In this document: piece after piece, positions 31,773-44,050 of the stretch
How positions within the stretch are numbered: position 1 is the stretch's first letter
Layout: each line of letters begins with the position of its first letter
Assembly (NCBI GenBank): GCA_050633305.1
Contig: JBOEGF010000010.1
Coordinates: 384,001 to 448,000 of the forward strand
Direction of reading: 5' to 3'
Source of the DNA: Nannocystales bacterium
Lineage (GTDB): Bacteria; Myxococcota_A; Polyangia; Nannocystales; Nannocystaceae
Length of the DNA: 64,000 bases
Translations under genes and position numbers: made by a program
The notes under the pieces: model-generated
The model's input: the letters and a program-made list of their open reading frames with translations, nothing else
The model's database searches: none
Told to the model about the DNA's origin: nothing

Positions 31773-32785
31773 TGGACACGAACGAATTCGACCGGCTCAT
31801 CTCGGAGGCTCGCGAAGAGCTGCAATCAGAAGCGTCGGGCGACGTCGGCCGGCTACAAGAACTCGCGACCTGGTGGGAGCAACAGCGTGGGACGGTTCGC
31901 TGGGTCCGGGGGATCGCGGTGGTCGCAGCTTCGCTGTGGGTGTTGCAGTTCGGCTACGCGATCTGGTTCCTCGACCTGTTCGGTCGTCCCGAGCCCTTGA
32001 CGGCGGTTCTTGCCTTGGTGCTTCCGCCTTCGGTGCTGTGGGGAGCCGCGGTGCTCGCCGGCCGCCCGGGGTTCAGCGCTCAACTTCTGAGTCGGTCGCT
32101 CCTCATTGCGACTACGATGGTCGGCAGCGCGAGCTCGCTGTTTCAGAACGCGAGCTTCGACAGTCAGCTTGGGCTTGGTCTCGGATGGAGCACGACACGT
32201 GTGCTCGTACCTGCCGGTCTCCTCATCGGGCTGACGCTCGGCGGGCATGGGCTGACGACCCCGCATCGTCACCGCGAGCGGGGCGGATTCGAGATGGTGC
32301 TGTCGCTGTCGCTGGTGATGGGTGTCGCAGATGCGATGTTCCTGGCATTCGTTGCCGCCGTGACCTTTGGGACGGTGTCGGTTGGGCCGTGGCCGTTCGT
32401 ACTCCCTATTGTTCTGATGGTCGCTGCCCACGGCTTGTTCCGTGGACGGGTTTGGGGCTTGCTGTTGATGGCGCTGACAAACCTCGCGGAGGTCCTGCTG
32501 GTTCTCGACGGTTCGCTTCTGGGCGATTCGATCGTGACCCAGACTGCTGCGGCACTGCTGGTCCTCACGGCCACCATCCAGCTGCTGCTCCCGGTGCCGG
32601 TCTACGCTGCAATGCTGGCTCCGCGCCGGGCGTGGGTCGAACGCCTCCAGGCGACGGATGGGTCTCTCGCCCGCATCCTCACGCTGTTGCTCGCCTTCTT
32701 CCTCGCGCTGGCGGCGCTGGCATCGACGGTGGTCTTCCCGATGCTGTCGATGGCCTGGGAACAGGGTCTGCTGCCGAGACCGTAG
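31769..32785 (+). CDS. Polytopic membrane protein, candidate anti-sigma factor
   Basis: ATGA overlap with the ECF sigma gene; short charged N-terminus followed by about 8-9 hydrophobic segments. Confidence 0.7.
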   Translation: MMDTNEFDRLISEAREELQSEASGDVGRLQELATWWEQQRGTVRWVRGIAVVAASLWVLQFGYAIWFLDLFGRPEPLTAVLALVLPPSVLWGAAVLAGRPGFSAQLLSRSLLIATTMVGSASSLFQNASFDSQLGLGLGWSTTRVLVPAGLLIGLTLGGHGLTTPHRHRERGGFEMVLSLSLVMGVADAMFLAFVAAVTFGTVSVGPWPFVLPIVLMVAAHGLFRGRVWGLLLMALTNLAEVLLVLDGSLLGDSIVTQTAAALLVLTATIQLLLPVPVYAAMLAPRRAWVERLQATDGSLARILTLLLAFFLALAALASTVVFPMLSMAWEQGLLPRP

Positions 32786-32836
32786 CGGCGCAGGGTGGGC
32801 GAAAACGCGCAGGTGAGGTCGCACCTCCGCCTTCAT

Positions 32837-32866
32837 TTGACACCCCCCAGCGGGGTCCTCCATCCT
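32837..32866 (+). promoter_or_regulatory. Candidate sigma70 promoter for rplY-pth
   Basis: TTGACA-N18-CATCCT about 80 nt upstream of rplY. Confidence 0.5.
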
Positions 32867-32944
32867 CCCGCCTCCGGGTTCCCTCGGCGGCGTGCTGGTG
32901 CACCTATCCGAGCCCCGAAAACCGAATCAGAAGGAAGAATTATC

Positions 32945-33553
32945 ATGGCCGAATTTGGCAACATCAACGTTTCCGTCCGCACCAAGACCGGCAAAGGCGT
33001 CGCCCGCTCGATCCGCCGCGAAGGTCTTGTCCCCGGTGTCCTGTACGGCGCGGCTGGAGAGAACCTGTCCCTTACGCTCAGCCCCCACGAGCTGATGAAG
33101 GCGACCGATCCAGAGCGTAGCTGGAACACGATGTACACCCTCACGATCACGAACGAGGGCAAAGAGACCACGCAGACCGCCATGGTCAGCGATGTGCAGG
33201 TTCACGCCGTGCGCCGCGACGTCGAGCACATCGACTTCATGCGCGTCGACCCCGAGGCCGAGGTCATCCGGAAGATTCCGGTCCGCTTCGAAGGTCGGCC
33301 CGCGGGCGTCGTCAAGGGCGGCAAGCTCAAGACGTACCGCCGCACCGTTCGCATCGCCTGTAAGCCTGGCGAAGTCCCGGTCGAGCTTCTCGTCGAGATG
33401 TCGGGCGTCGATGCCGGAGAGTCGCTCCGCATGAAGGACGTGCAGCCGACCAACGGCCGCTTGGTCGAGCCCGAGGATGCGCGTCTGTGCTTCGTCGATC
33501 TTCCGAAGTCTGCTCCCGCAGGCGAGGGTGACGACGCTGCGGCGGACGCATAG
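32945..33553 (+). CDS. rplY: 50S ribosomal protein L25/CTC (long form)
   Basis: GKG.AR.IRREG.VPGVLYG, HIDF, GV.KGG; lies upstream of pth. Confidence 0.95.
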   Translation: MAEFGNINVSVRTKTGKGVARSIRREGLVPGVLYGAAGENLSLTLSPHELMKATDPERSWNTMYTLTITNEGKETTQTAMVSDVQVHAVRRDVEHIDFMRVDPEAEVIRKIPVRFEGRPAGVVKGGKLKTYRRTVRIACKPGEVPVELLVEMSGVDAGESLRMKDVQPTNGRLVEPEDARLCFVDLPKSAPAGEGDDAAADA

Positions 33554-33561
33554 ACCGGACG

Positions 33562-34197
33562 ATGGCCGACGCTGCCCCATGGTTGCTCGTCGGGCTCGGG
33601 AATCCGGGCCCGAAGTACGCCAACAATCGCCACAACGTGGGGTTCATGGCTGTCGACCGCTGGCTCGATCGGCACGGGACACCCGGTGCCGACGGCTGGC
33701 GGGAGAAGTTTCATGGGGAGTTCTCCAGTGTCAGCACTCGCTTCGGCCGGTGTGTGGTGCTCAAGCCGCAAACGTTCATGAACGTGAGCGGCAAGTCTGT
33801 GGGAGCGGCCTGCACCTTCTATCGAGTGCCGCCCTCCAGGCTCATCGTGCTGCACGACGAGCTCGACTTTGAGGTTGGGCGGGTCGCGATCAAGAAAGGT
33901 GGCGGTCACGGAGGCCACAACGGTCTTCGCGACATCGCCTCCGTCCTCGGCTCAAAGGACTTTGTGCGGGTCCGGATGGGGATTGGGCGGCCACCCCACG
34001 GCAACATGGATGTGTCGGCCTGGGTCCTGAAGGACTTCTCGGCGGACGAGGCAGCAGATCTCGGAGATCTCGTGGATCGCGCACATGAAGCTGCCACCGC
34101 GGTGATGACTCACGGGGTCGCTGCCGCGATGAACGAAATCAACCAAACAAGCTCGAAGAAACCCAAGCCAGCGCCCAAGTCACAGTCCGTGGACTGA
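33562..34197 (+). CDS. pth: Peptidyl-tRNA hydrolase
   Basis: GLGNPG..Y...RHNVGF, KPQTFMN.SG, HDELD, GGHNGLR. Confidence 0.97.
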   Translation: MADAAPWLLVGLGNPGPKYANNRHNVGFMAVDRWLDRHGTPGADGWREKFHGEFSSVSTRFGRCVVLKPQTFMNVSGKSVGAACTFYRVPPSRLIVLHDELDFEVGRVAIKKGGGHGGHNGLRDIASVLGSKDFVRVRMGIGRPPHGNMDVSAWVLKDFSADEAADLGDLVDRAHEAATAVMTHGVAAAMNEINQTSSKKPKPAPKSQSVD

Positions 34198-34303
34198 GGC
34201 TGGGCTGGCCGGGTTGCGAACCCAGCAGCTCCCCGCACCCCGCGGAATTCTGGTAAGCAGTGCCCGCTTTTCGAGCCACCCCCCTCGAAGGACACCGTCG
34301 AAA

Positions 34304-36472
<2,169 letters not shown>

Positions 36473-36531
36473 GCGAAGACCCTGGAGGCTCTCCTGAGCC
36501 ACCCTCCGCCGAGATCGACCTCGGCGGGCAG

Positions 36532-36570
36532 AAGACGCCGGTTCCGAAAGGGGCCGGCGTTTCTCGTTTT
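36532..36570 (+). terminator. Intrinsic terminator after hppA
   Basis: GACGCCGGTTCC-GAAA-GGGGCCGGCGTT followed by TCTCGTTTT. Confidence 0.75.
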
Positions 36571-36596
36571 CGCAAACGCCGCGGTAGGCTTGGGGA

Positions 36597-37898
36597 ATGC
36601 GGATGGGACTGACAGTCATGGCGACCTTCCTGGTCCCCAGCTGCGTGGGTCTCAATCCCGCGTTTGAGGACCAGGCGGAGGACGGCAGCGGAGGGGAGAC
36701 CTCGAAGGGCACGGGCGGAGGCGGCCCGACCGGTGGAGCCTCGACCGTCGCCAGCGGTTCCGCATCTGGAGCGACCGGGGCTTCGACCCTTTCCACCGGA
36801 ACGGGCTCTGTCTCGGATCTCGGAGATGGAACAGCGACCGGCTCCGAAGTGATGCCCGCAAACTGGTGGGACCCGGACTACCGCCACCGGGTGGAGCTCG
36901 TGTTTGAGCCCCGGGACGAGGCGCTGTCGGGCTTCGTGACCTACGTGCCGTTGAACCTCAGCCCCTCGCGGCTCGAGGGGGTCACGAGGTCGAAGCTCGC
37001 GTTCGTCGATCCCAACTCGAACACGCGAATCCCTGCGGAGGTCCCGGTCCTGGTCCCTTCCGCGGGGGAACTCGCAGCTTGGGTCCAGCTCCCCGTGTGG
37101 AGGAGCGACGAGCCCACCAGCGTCTTTCTCTACTTCGGGTACTCCGCTCCCGACACCCCCAGCGAGAGCCCTTGGTCAGGGCACGTCGCGGTCTGGCACA
37201 TGGACGAACTCTCCGGGGGCGGACTCACTCCGGACGCGGCGGGTTCGGCCGATGCCGAGCAGGTTGACGCTGGCGGGAGTCCACTCAGTCTCGAGCCCGG
37301 CATCGTCGGGGATGCGCTTCAGTTCGATGGCGAGACGAACCGGCTCGGTGCCACGATCTCCGACGGCCTCGTCGATGACACCTTCTTGGTCTCGGCCTGG
37401 GTGTTGACCACGAGCTACGCGGAAGCCGGCAGTCCGATCATCGCGCGCGGAGATCGTTCCGGTCCGAGCTGGTCGGATCACGAGTGGGTGATGGGCTTCA
37501 CCCCAGATCGTGCGGAGGTTCGCGTGCACGACGACTTGCTGAACGACACCGAGCCGAGGAACGCAGGCGTGGTCCATCCGGAACTCGGCTGGCATCACTA
37601 CGCTTTCCTCTACACGGGCAGCAGTATCCGCCTCTACGTCGATGGGGTGAGCCCTGTGGCAGCAGGGGTGACCGCCGGGATGGATCATGTCCTCAGTGAG
37701 GTTTCGATCGGCGGCTATCCGGACGCTCCCGCGCCAGAGTGGGAAGCGGGACGCCTGGAAGGGCGGATCGATGAGCTTCGATGGCGCCGGGGTGCCGACG
37801 TGGATGGACCCCACAACACCTGGGTCGACACGTTGTACGAGTCCCAGCTGGAACCGGAGACCACGTTCGCCGTTGGGCCCGTGGAAGACCTTCCCTGA
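36597..37898 (+). CDS. Lipoprotein with Gly/Ser/Thr linker, DUF2341-like region and LamG/concanavalin-like domain
   Basis: LVPS-C lipobox; WWD..YR.R, AWVQLP, LYFG; G..G.AL.FDG, WHH.A..Y.G..IRLYVDG, G.IDELR. Confidence 0.78.
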   Translation: MRMGLTVMATFLVPSCVGLNPAFEDQAEDGSGGETSKGTGGGGPTGGASTVASGSASGATGASTLSTGTGSVSDLGDGTATGSEVMPANWWDPDYRHRVELVFEPRDEALSGFVTYVPLNLSPSRLEGVTRSKLAFVDPNSNTRIPAEVPVLVPSAGELAAWVQLPVWRSDEPTSVFLYFGYSAPDTPSESPWSGHVAVWHMDELSGGGLTPDAAGSADAEQVDAGGSPLSLEPGIVGDALQFDGETNRLGATISDGLVDDTFLVSAWVLTTSYAEAGSPIIARGDRSGPSWSDHEWVMGFTPDRAEVRVHDDLLNDTEPRNAGVVHPELGWHHYAFLYTGSSIRLYVDGVSPVAAGVTAGMDHVLSEVSIGGYPDAPAPEWEAGRLEGRIDELRWRRGADVDGPHNTWVDTLYESQLEPETTFAVGPVEDLP

Positions 37899-37937
37899 GA
37901 GAGGAGCTTGGGAGGGGGGCCCCCGAGACAGACCCGT

Positions 37938-38870
37938 CTACAGCGCGATGCCAAACAGTTGCAGCGCGACGAACGTGCCGCCGAGCGCAGCGACAGGGAC
38001 CGAGAGGTTGTCGTCGATGCTGCGGCTGAAGAGCTCGGCGAGTGCACCGCACAGGCCTGCCGCGAACGAGACTCCGAGCACGGGGAGCAGACCAAGGTCC
38101 GGTCGTGCGAGCGTGAGGGCCAAAGCGCCCGCGAGGGTGCCGACCAAGACGAACGCGCTGGTCCCCTCGAGCGAACGTCCGTTGACGAGCGGAGTTCGAC
38201 CGAACTTACGTCCGAGGATGCCTGCGGCGGGGTCGCCGAACGCGAGCACCGCGACGGGCACGACCATGAGCGAGACCGACCCGGTCAGGGTGAGCCCGAA
38301 CAGCGCGCTGGTGTACCAGGTGGCGGAGTTGACCCGGTTCCACTCAGAAGGGTGCGCGACGTGCTTGAAGCCCCGCATGAGGATGGCGTTGGCACGTGGC
38401 GAAACGCGCCGTGCGATCTCGGCGGACCAGCCCCACGCGGCGAAAGCCCCGGCGACCCACACGAGTTGGTGCAGCGGGAGCAGTGCGATCGCTAGGACGA
38501 GCGAGACGACGCCACACCCAGCGTGGAAGATCGAGCGCGTGTAGTTGATCGGCCGAGCCGGCTTCTCCGGATCGTCAGCCGTCAGGATGCAGGTGAGACC
38601 TTCGTACGCCTCGGTGAGGTCGGACCGCAGCGCCTCCCACGTGTTGGCGTCCGGTGTGTACTCGGCGAGCGTCGCCTTGAGCGTCTCGATGAGTTCGGTG
38701 AGGTCTTCGTCCGCCGCGGCCCTTCGCGTCATCGACTTGAGCCGGCGACTCAAGGACTCGACCTGCGCGTGGACGACCTCCGGCACGAGTGCATCGAAGT
38801 CGAGCGACTCGATCAGCGCGGCGATCTCTTCCGCGAGGGCTCTGGAGCCTTGTTGGAGTGCGACGTCGAT
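37938..38870 (-). CDS. Cytidylyltransferase/dolichol-kinase family membrane protein with N-terminal helical domain
   Basis: NYTRSIFH, E..RVNSATWY, GDPAAG..GR.FG, GRSLEG, DDNL.VP; start unresolved (first canonical in-frame start GTG at 38786). Confidence 0.8.
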   Translation of the reverse strand: MDVALQQGSRALAEEIAALIESLDFDALVPEVVHAQVESLSRRLKSMTRRAAADEDLTELIETLKATLAEYTPDANTWEALRSDLTEAYEGLTCILTADDPEKPARPINYTRSIFHAGCGVVSLVLAIALLPLHQLVWVAGAFAAWGWSAEIARRVSPRANAILMRGFKHVAHPSEWNRVNSATWYTSALFGLTLTGSVSLMVVPVAVLAFGDPAAGILGRKFGRTPLVNGRSLEGTSAFVLVGTLAGALALTLARPDLGLLPVLGVSFAAGLCGALAELFSRSIDDNLSVPVAALGGTFVALQLFGIAL

Positions 38871-39026
38871 GCGGGCAAAGGTAGGCGGACACGGGCCCTC
38901 GCGCCATTTTTTTCTCCCAAGCCACGGGACCGATGTGCGCCGTCGCGCGGTGTGTTTTCCCGCGAAATCGGCTGCACGCCCACGGCTGCGCAGGAGCGAG
39001 CTGCGTTCGCGCCGGTTCGTGCGAGT

Positions 39027-39362
39027 ATGGTCGCCGCGATGGAGCTCGATTGCGGCGCGTGCGGAGCTTGCTGCTTCAACCCACAGTCCAATGTAGAGCG
39101 TGGGTTCACCGCGTACGTCGAGATCGATGACCCCCGGTCCAAGTTGGTCCGCGACCCTAGCCTCAAGCGCCGGTACGTCTCCCGGGATAAGGAAGGCCGG
39201 CCACATTTGCGCATGGCGGGAGATCGCTGTTCGGCGCTTGAAGGCTCGTTGGGCGAGTACGTTCGATGTGTCGTCTATGCGCATCGCCCGGATCCGTGCA
39301 GAAACCTGACGGCCGGTGACTCGGACTGCCTGCACGCTCGCCGAGAGCGTGGCCTCGCATAG
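39027..39362 (+). CDS. YkgJ-family cysteine-cluster (putative Fe-S/Zn) protein
   Basis: C..CG.CC, RC.AL, C.VY..RP..CR. Confidence 0.88.
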   Translation: MVAAMELDCGACGACCFNPQSNVERGFTAYVEIDDPRSKLVRDPSLKRRYVSRDKEGRPHLRMAGDRCSALEGSLGEYVRCVVYAHRPDPCRNLTAGDSDCLHARRERGLA

Positions 39363-39429
39363 CATCACCTCACAGCAGCTCGGCCTGGCGGAACAATTTG
39401 CGCCATGGGCCGGTTGAGCCCCCTGATCG

Positions 39430-40038
39430 ATGACGAATCTACCTGCCAATCCAGCGTCCGCCACACCCGCGATTCTCGACGAAGAGTTTGGCCTCTCCTT
39501 GATGGAAGGAGAGGAGGTTCTGTTGCAGGGGCGTCCACAGGCCGCGCCGCTACAGCGCTACTTCATGTTGACCGCGCTGTTGGTCATGTTCGTCACGGTG
39601 TTCGGGTTGCTCGGGCTCCCGCTGGCCTACTTCATCGTCCGGGCGTACGTGAACAAGCACCGCTACTGGTTGACGAACTCCCGGGTGGTGGTCACGACGG
39701 GCATCATCGGATTTCGGGCGCGTTCGATCCCACTCGAGCGGGTCAGCGATGTGGCGATCTCGTGCGATTGGCTGGAGAAGCTGATGGGCATGCGGACGGT
39801 GGTCGTCCGCGACATGACAGGAGAGGCGCTTGCGGGCGCCAACATGCGGGCGTTCGAGAACCCGACCGACCTCCAGCAGAAGATCCTCGACCAGGTGCAT
39901 CGGGTGAACCGCCGGGAGGGGAAGGAGTCGGTCGCACTCGACGAGCCGGGTCGCCCGTATCGGCAGATCGAAGGCGGCCAATCCTCGGAGATGCTGGAAT
40001 TGCTTCGGCGCATCGAAGCGAACACCCGCGACGCATAG
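39430..40038 (+). CDS. Membrane protein with bacterial PH domain
   Basis: TM hairpin followed by Y.LTN.R.....G.......IPL.R..DV. Confidence 0.8.
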   Translation: MTNLPANPASATPAILDEEFGLSLMEGEEVLLQGRPQAAPLQRYFMLTALLVMFVTVFGLLGLPLAYFIVRAYVNKHRYWLTNSRVVVTTGIIGFRARSIPLERVSDVAISCDWLEKLMGMRTVVVRDMTGEALAGANMRAFENPTDLQQKILDQVHRVNRREGKESVALDEPGRPYRQIEGGQSSEMLELLRRIEANTRDA

Positions 40039-40058
40039 CAGGTCCTGGAGCGCGTCCC

Positions 40059-40784
40059 TCACCCGCCTCCGCGTAGCCGGCGTTTTAGGTCTGGGAGCAG
40101 TCGCCGGCTGACGGGGACTCGAGAGCCATCGCGGAGGTTCACCGTGCTCTCTCCAGCGCCGATCCGCACGGACACCACGGCGGCCAAGTTGACCAACTCG
40201 GCCCGGTGAACTCGCACGAAATCCCATGCCGCGAGGCGGCGCTCCATCTCGGCGAGGGAGTCGTCGAGGATGTACTCGACGCCATCGACCCAGAACATCG
40301 TGACCTTGTCCCGGGCGTGAAGCCGCTGGACGGCGACGGCATCGAAGACGTGCAGGGTGTCTCCGGTCCGAGCGGTGAGGCGGGGAGGTCGTCCTCGGTC
40401 TACGCGCTCCGAAGGGGCCGCCCGCTGGGGAATCAACGACCGCCGACTCCGGGCGCGCTCGAGCGCCTGTCGAAGTCGGTCCCGGCTCACAGGTTTGAGG
40501 AGGTAGTCCACCGCGTCCAGCCCGAACGCCTCCAGTGCATGTTCGCGGTGCGCGGTCACGAAGATGACGGCGGGAAGGTTCGTCGTCGCGGCGAGTGTCA
40601 GCCCATCGCACTCGGGCATGTCGATGTCGAGCAACACCGCGTCGGGCGCGAGCGTACTGAGGCGGTCCCGTGCCTGGGAACCATCGCTCGCTGTCCCCAC
40701 GACCTCGATGCCCTCCAAGCCCTTCAGCATGCGCTCGAGTCGACGCCGGGCCAGCGGTTCATCGTCGACGATCATGACCTTCAT
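40059..40784 (-). CDS. LytTR-family response regulator
   Basis: IVDDEPLAR, LDIDMP, FVTAH, DYLLKP; F.RVHR..LVNL, VPVSRR. Confidence 0.95.
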   Translation of the reverse strand: MKVMIVDDEPLARRRLERMLKGLEGIEVVGTASDGSQARDRLSTLAPDAVLLDIDMPECDGLTLAATTNLPAVIFVTAHREHALEAFGLDAVDYLLKPVSRDRLRQALERARSRRSLIPQRAAPSERVDRGRPPRLTARTGDTLHVFDAVAVQRLHARDKVTMFWVDGVEYILDDSLAEMERRLAAWDFVRVHRAELVNLAAVVSVRIGAGESTVNLRDGSRVPVSRRLLPDLKRRLRGGG

Positions 40785-41827
40785 CGGATGGCCTCCTCAT
40801 GGGGAAGTGACACGGCGACCCGATAGCCGCCCTCCGCTCGGGGGCCAGCCGATACGGTGGCACCGGATCCGTACTCGAGCTGAAGGCGCTCGCGCAGGGT
40901 TTTCTCCCCAACCTGGGTGCCCTTGGTTTCGCCCGTTCCCGGACCATCGTCGGTCACCTCGAGGTGAAGCCGAGCATCTTGCGCGTACCCGCGGACGTGG
41001 ATGGAACCGCCGTCTCGGCGAGGAGCGACGGCGTACTTGACCGCGTTTTCAACCATCGGTTGCAGGAGCAGGGTGGGGACGGTCGCGTTGCCAAGCTCGT
41101 CGTCGATCTCGAGGGTCCACCGGAGTCGGTCACCGAACCGGAGCCGCTCCATCTCCAAGTAGTCCGCAAGTGCCGAGAGCTCGGTGCGCAGTGGGGTCTT
41201 TCGGGCTTCGGTGCTCTCGAGCGCGTGGCGAAGCAGCTCACACAACCGCTGCAGCGCATCGACGGCGGCGGGAGGGTCCTCTTCGATCAGGCCGGCCAGG
41301 CTGTTGAGACTGTTGAACAGGAAGTGTGGATTGAGACGCGCCCGCAGGTTCGACAGTTGGGCTTCGAGCAGCTCGCGCCGTGCTTGCTCCTCGCGCAGTT
41401 CGACCGCGCGGGCGTGGGCCCGGAGTCGGTCGAAGGCCACGCTCACCACGAGGACGACCAGCGTCACGACTCCCGCAAAGCGCCAGACGATCGTGCGAGA
41501 CCCGTGGAGCTCGAGCGACATCACGCGGAGCACCAGCAGCGCGAGTTCGACGCCGAGCGCGACCGAGAGCGCGAAGGCGAGCGTTTTGACCACGACTCCG
41601 CGCCAGCCGGTCAGCGCAAACCTTGGCAGGACGCGCCCGAAAGCCAGGGAGGTGATGGTGCCGATGCAGACTGAAAACGCCAGGTTGGCGGTCATCGTGA
41701 TCAGGAGGTCGCGCCAGCTCCAACGGGCGCCGACCATGAACACACTGAGCGTGCCGGCGATCAGCAGGTGCAGCCCCAGCCCGCCGAGGAAGGCCCGGAC
41801 GCGCGAACGCGTTCGTTCAGGCGGCAT
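40781..41827 (-). CDS. LytS/AlgZ-type sensor histidine kinase
   Basis: Four TM helices; LRARLNPHFLFNSLN, YLEMERLRFGDRL, LQPMVENAVKY, DDGPG; ATGA overlap with the regulator. Confidence 0.93.
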   Translation of the reverse strand: MPPERTRSRVRAFLGGLGLHLLIAGTLSVFMVGARWSWRDLLITMTANLAFSVCIGTITSLAFGRVLPRFALTGWRGVVVKTLAFALSVALGVELALLVLRVMSLELHGSRTIVWRFAGVVTLVVLVVSVAFDRLRAHARAVELREEQARRELLEAQLSNLRARLNPHFLFNSLNSLAGLIEEDPPAAVDALQRLCELLRHALESTEARKTPLRTELSALADYLEMERLRFGDRLRWTLEIDDELGNATVPTLLLQPMVENAVKYAVAPRRDGGSIHVRGYAQDARLHLEVTDDGPGTGETKGTQVGEKTLRERLQLEYGSGATVSAGPRAEGGYRVAVSLPHEEAIR

Positions 41828-42563
41828 CACGAACCATCTTGCGGGCGTGAAGCTTCCGGGTCCACATCGAGGTTGCGACGATGCCCAGAGCAACCGGGAT
41901 GGTCCAGGCGAGGGTCATCGCGACAGCTCCAGTGGTGAGCCGAGACGAGAGCTGCACCGTGAATGCGGTTGTTGCGGCGGTGCAGCCCCCCAGCATCGCC
42001 TGGATGTGTGTACGCAGCCACGGCGGCGCAGTGCGACTTGGACGAAGCGAGCGGACCGCGTTGGTGAGACCGAGGCCGCCGCCAATCGCGAGGAAGGGGT
42101 CGAACCCCGTGATGCAGGCGACGAGTGCGGCAACCCCGGCGAGCCCGAGGAGGACCGAGATCATACGTCCGAGCGGGTGACGGCTAGGATCGGCGCGGCG
42201 GCGTCGGGACGCGAGAATGCCGAAGGTGATCGCTTGCGCCGTCACCAGCGAGAGCACGAGGAAGAAGAACCCCGCTGCCCGCAACTGCTCCGTCACTTCC
42301 GCTGCTGCCTTGGGGTTGTTGGGCAGCGGTCTGACCAAGTCAGGCACCGCGATCCAGCTCAACGCCACGAGGAGCCCGGTTGCCGAGGTTGTCGCCATGG
42401 CGAGCGAAAATCCCCAGCCCGTGCGGCGGTGGGGGAGTGAGCCCTTGCGGGCGATGAGCGCGCCGAGCATCGAGAGCAGGCCAACGACGCCCGCGGTGAT
42501 ATGGACCGCCACCAGTGCGCCGTACACCGTCACGACCTTCAGCGTGAGGTCTCTCGGGCGCAT
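41817..42563 (-). CDS. DUF2306-like membrane protein
   Basis: H...G..GL, KGS..HR..G, WL..H...M.G....A.TAF; first gene of the LytS/LytTR operon. Confidence 0.75.
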   Translation of the reverse strand: MRPRDLTLKVVTVYGALVAVHITAGVVGLLSMLGALIARKGSLPHRRTGWGFSLAMATTSATGLLVALSWIAVPDLVRPLPNNPKAAAEVTEQLRAAGFFFLVLSLVTAQAITFGILASRRRRADPSRHPLGRMISVLLGLAGVAALVACITGFDPFLAIGGGLGLTNAVRSLRPSRTAPPWLRTHIQAMLGGCTAATTAFTVQLSSRLTTGAVAMTLAWTIPVALGIVATSMWTRKLHARKMVRDAA

Positions 42564-42575
42564 GTCGCGATTGCG

Positions 42576-42648
42576 CCGATGAGTGGTCGCAGGCACCGAC
42601 GGCCGGTAGGCGAAGCCGAGCGAGCGGTGTTGCAAGATCCGCGAGCGG
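42576..42648. promoter_or_regulatory. Imperfect direct repeats with ~21-bp period (candidate LytTR binding sites)
   Basis: GAGTGG (42581), GGCCGG (42601), GAGCGG (42622), GAGCGG (42643); GCGAGCGG occurs exactly at 42620 and 42641. Confidence 0.5.
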
Positions 42649-42669
42649 GCCGCAGGATTCGGCCGACCG

Positions 42670-44037
42670 ATGCAGTCCATCAACCCTGCGACTGGCGAGA
42701 CTCTGCGAACGTACCCCGAGCCCGACGATGCCGCGGTCGAGGCCGTGATGGCGCGCGTCGATGAGGCGTCGACAGCGTGGGCGGATGAGTCGTTCGAGGT
42801 CCGTAGCGCCCTGTTGCTGGCCATCGCAGACCAGCTCGAGTTGCAACGAGAAGCTCTGGCCACGCTCATCGTCGAGGAGATGGGGAAGCCGGTCACGCAA
42901 GCGCTGGCAGAGGTCCAGAAGTGCGCCCTTGTCTGCCGTTTCTTCGCGGAGCAGGCTCCGGGCTTTCTGGCGGATGAATCCGTGGACGTCGAGGGCGGGG
43001 CGGACGCCAAGGTCACGTATCGGCCGCTCGGTGTGATTCTCGCGATCCTGCCGTGGAACTTCCCGCTGTGGCAGGCGTTTCGGTTTGTCGCTCCGGCGCT
43101 CATGGCCGGGAATGGTGTTGTGGTCAAGCCCGCACCCAACGTCTTGGGCTGCGGACTCGCTGTTCAACAGCTCCTGCTCGATGCGGGTGTCCCCGAAGGC
43201 CTCGTCCCCTCCTTGGGCGTCTCCAATGCCCGCGTAGAAGGTCTCATCCGTGACCCCCGAATCGCCGCGGTTACGCTCACTGGGAGCGACCGGGCGGGCC
43301 GTGCTGTGGCTGCCATCGCTGGCAGTGAACTCAAGAAGGTCGTCCTCGAACTCGGTGGGAGCGACCCGTACGTGGTGCTGGCGGATGCTGATCTCGATCA
43401 AGCGGTCGAGGCCTCGGTGCGGAGCCGCTTGAACAACGGCGGGCAGAGCTGCATCGGTGCCAAGCGCATCATCGTCGAGGAATCGGTGGCCGAGGCATTT
43501 GCGGAGAAGCTGCGGACGCGCCTGTGTTCGATCGAGTACGGCGATCCCAGGGACCCCGCCACGATGTTGGGCCCCATGGCACGGGCTGACCTGCGCGACC
43601 AAGTCCATACTCAGGTCGAGCGGTGCATCGCAGGGGGGGCTCGACTGGAGTTGGGCGGACACGTTCCCGGACAGGCGGGCTGTTGGTATCCGCTCACACT
43701 GTTGACCGGGGTGAGTGCAGAATCACCCGCGTTTCGCGAGGAGCTGTTCGGCCCGGTGTTCACCCTGTGTGTCGCCCGGGACGAGCCCGATGCGATCTCG
43801 CTGGCCAACTCGAGTGACTTCGGGCTGGGTGCGGCCGTGTTCACAGGGGACGTTCGGCGCGGGGAAGACATCGCTCGGCGTCAGTTGCAAGCCGGCTCGT
43901 GTTTTGTGAATGCGTCCGTGCGCTCGGACCCGCGGCTCCCGTTCGGCGGTATCAAACGCTCGGGGTATGGCCGTGAACTCGGACGGCACGGGATCCTCGA
44001 GTTCGTGAACGCGAAGACCGTTTGGGTTCAGCCCTGA
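42670..44037 (+). CDS. NAD(P)-dependent succinate-semialdehyde dehydrogenase (Sad/GabD1-like ALDH)
   Basis: SINPATGE, PWNFP.WQ, LTGS, LELGGSDP, GQSC, EELFGP, PFGG.K.SGYGRELG. Confidence 0.92.
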   Translation: MQSINPATGETLRTYPEPDDAAVEAVMARVDEASTAWADESFEVRSALLLAIADQLELQREALATLIVEEMGKPVTQALAEVQKCALVCRFFAEQAPGFLADESVDVEGGADAKVTYRPLGVILAILPWNFPLWQAFRFVAPALMAGNGVVVKPAPNVLGCGLAVQQLLLDAGVPEGLVPSLGVSNARVEGLIRDPRIAAVTLTGSDRAGRAVAAIAGSELKKVVLELGGSDPYVVLADADLDQAVEASVRSRLNNGGQSCIGAKRIIVEESVAEAFAEKLRTRLCSIEYGDPRDPATMLGPMARADLRDQVHTQVERCIAGGARLELGGHVPGQAGCWYPLTLLTGVSAESPAFREELFGPVFTLCVARDEPDAISLANSSDFGLGAAVFTGDVRRGEDIARRQLQAGSCFVNASVRSDPRLPFGGIKRSGYGRELGRHGILEFVNAKTVWVQP

Positions 44038-44050
44038 GCGGCCGAACTGC

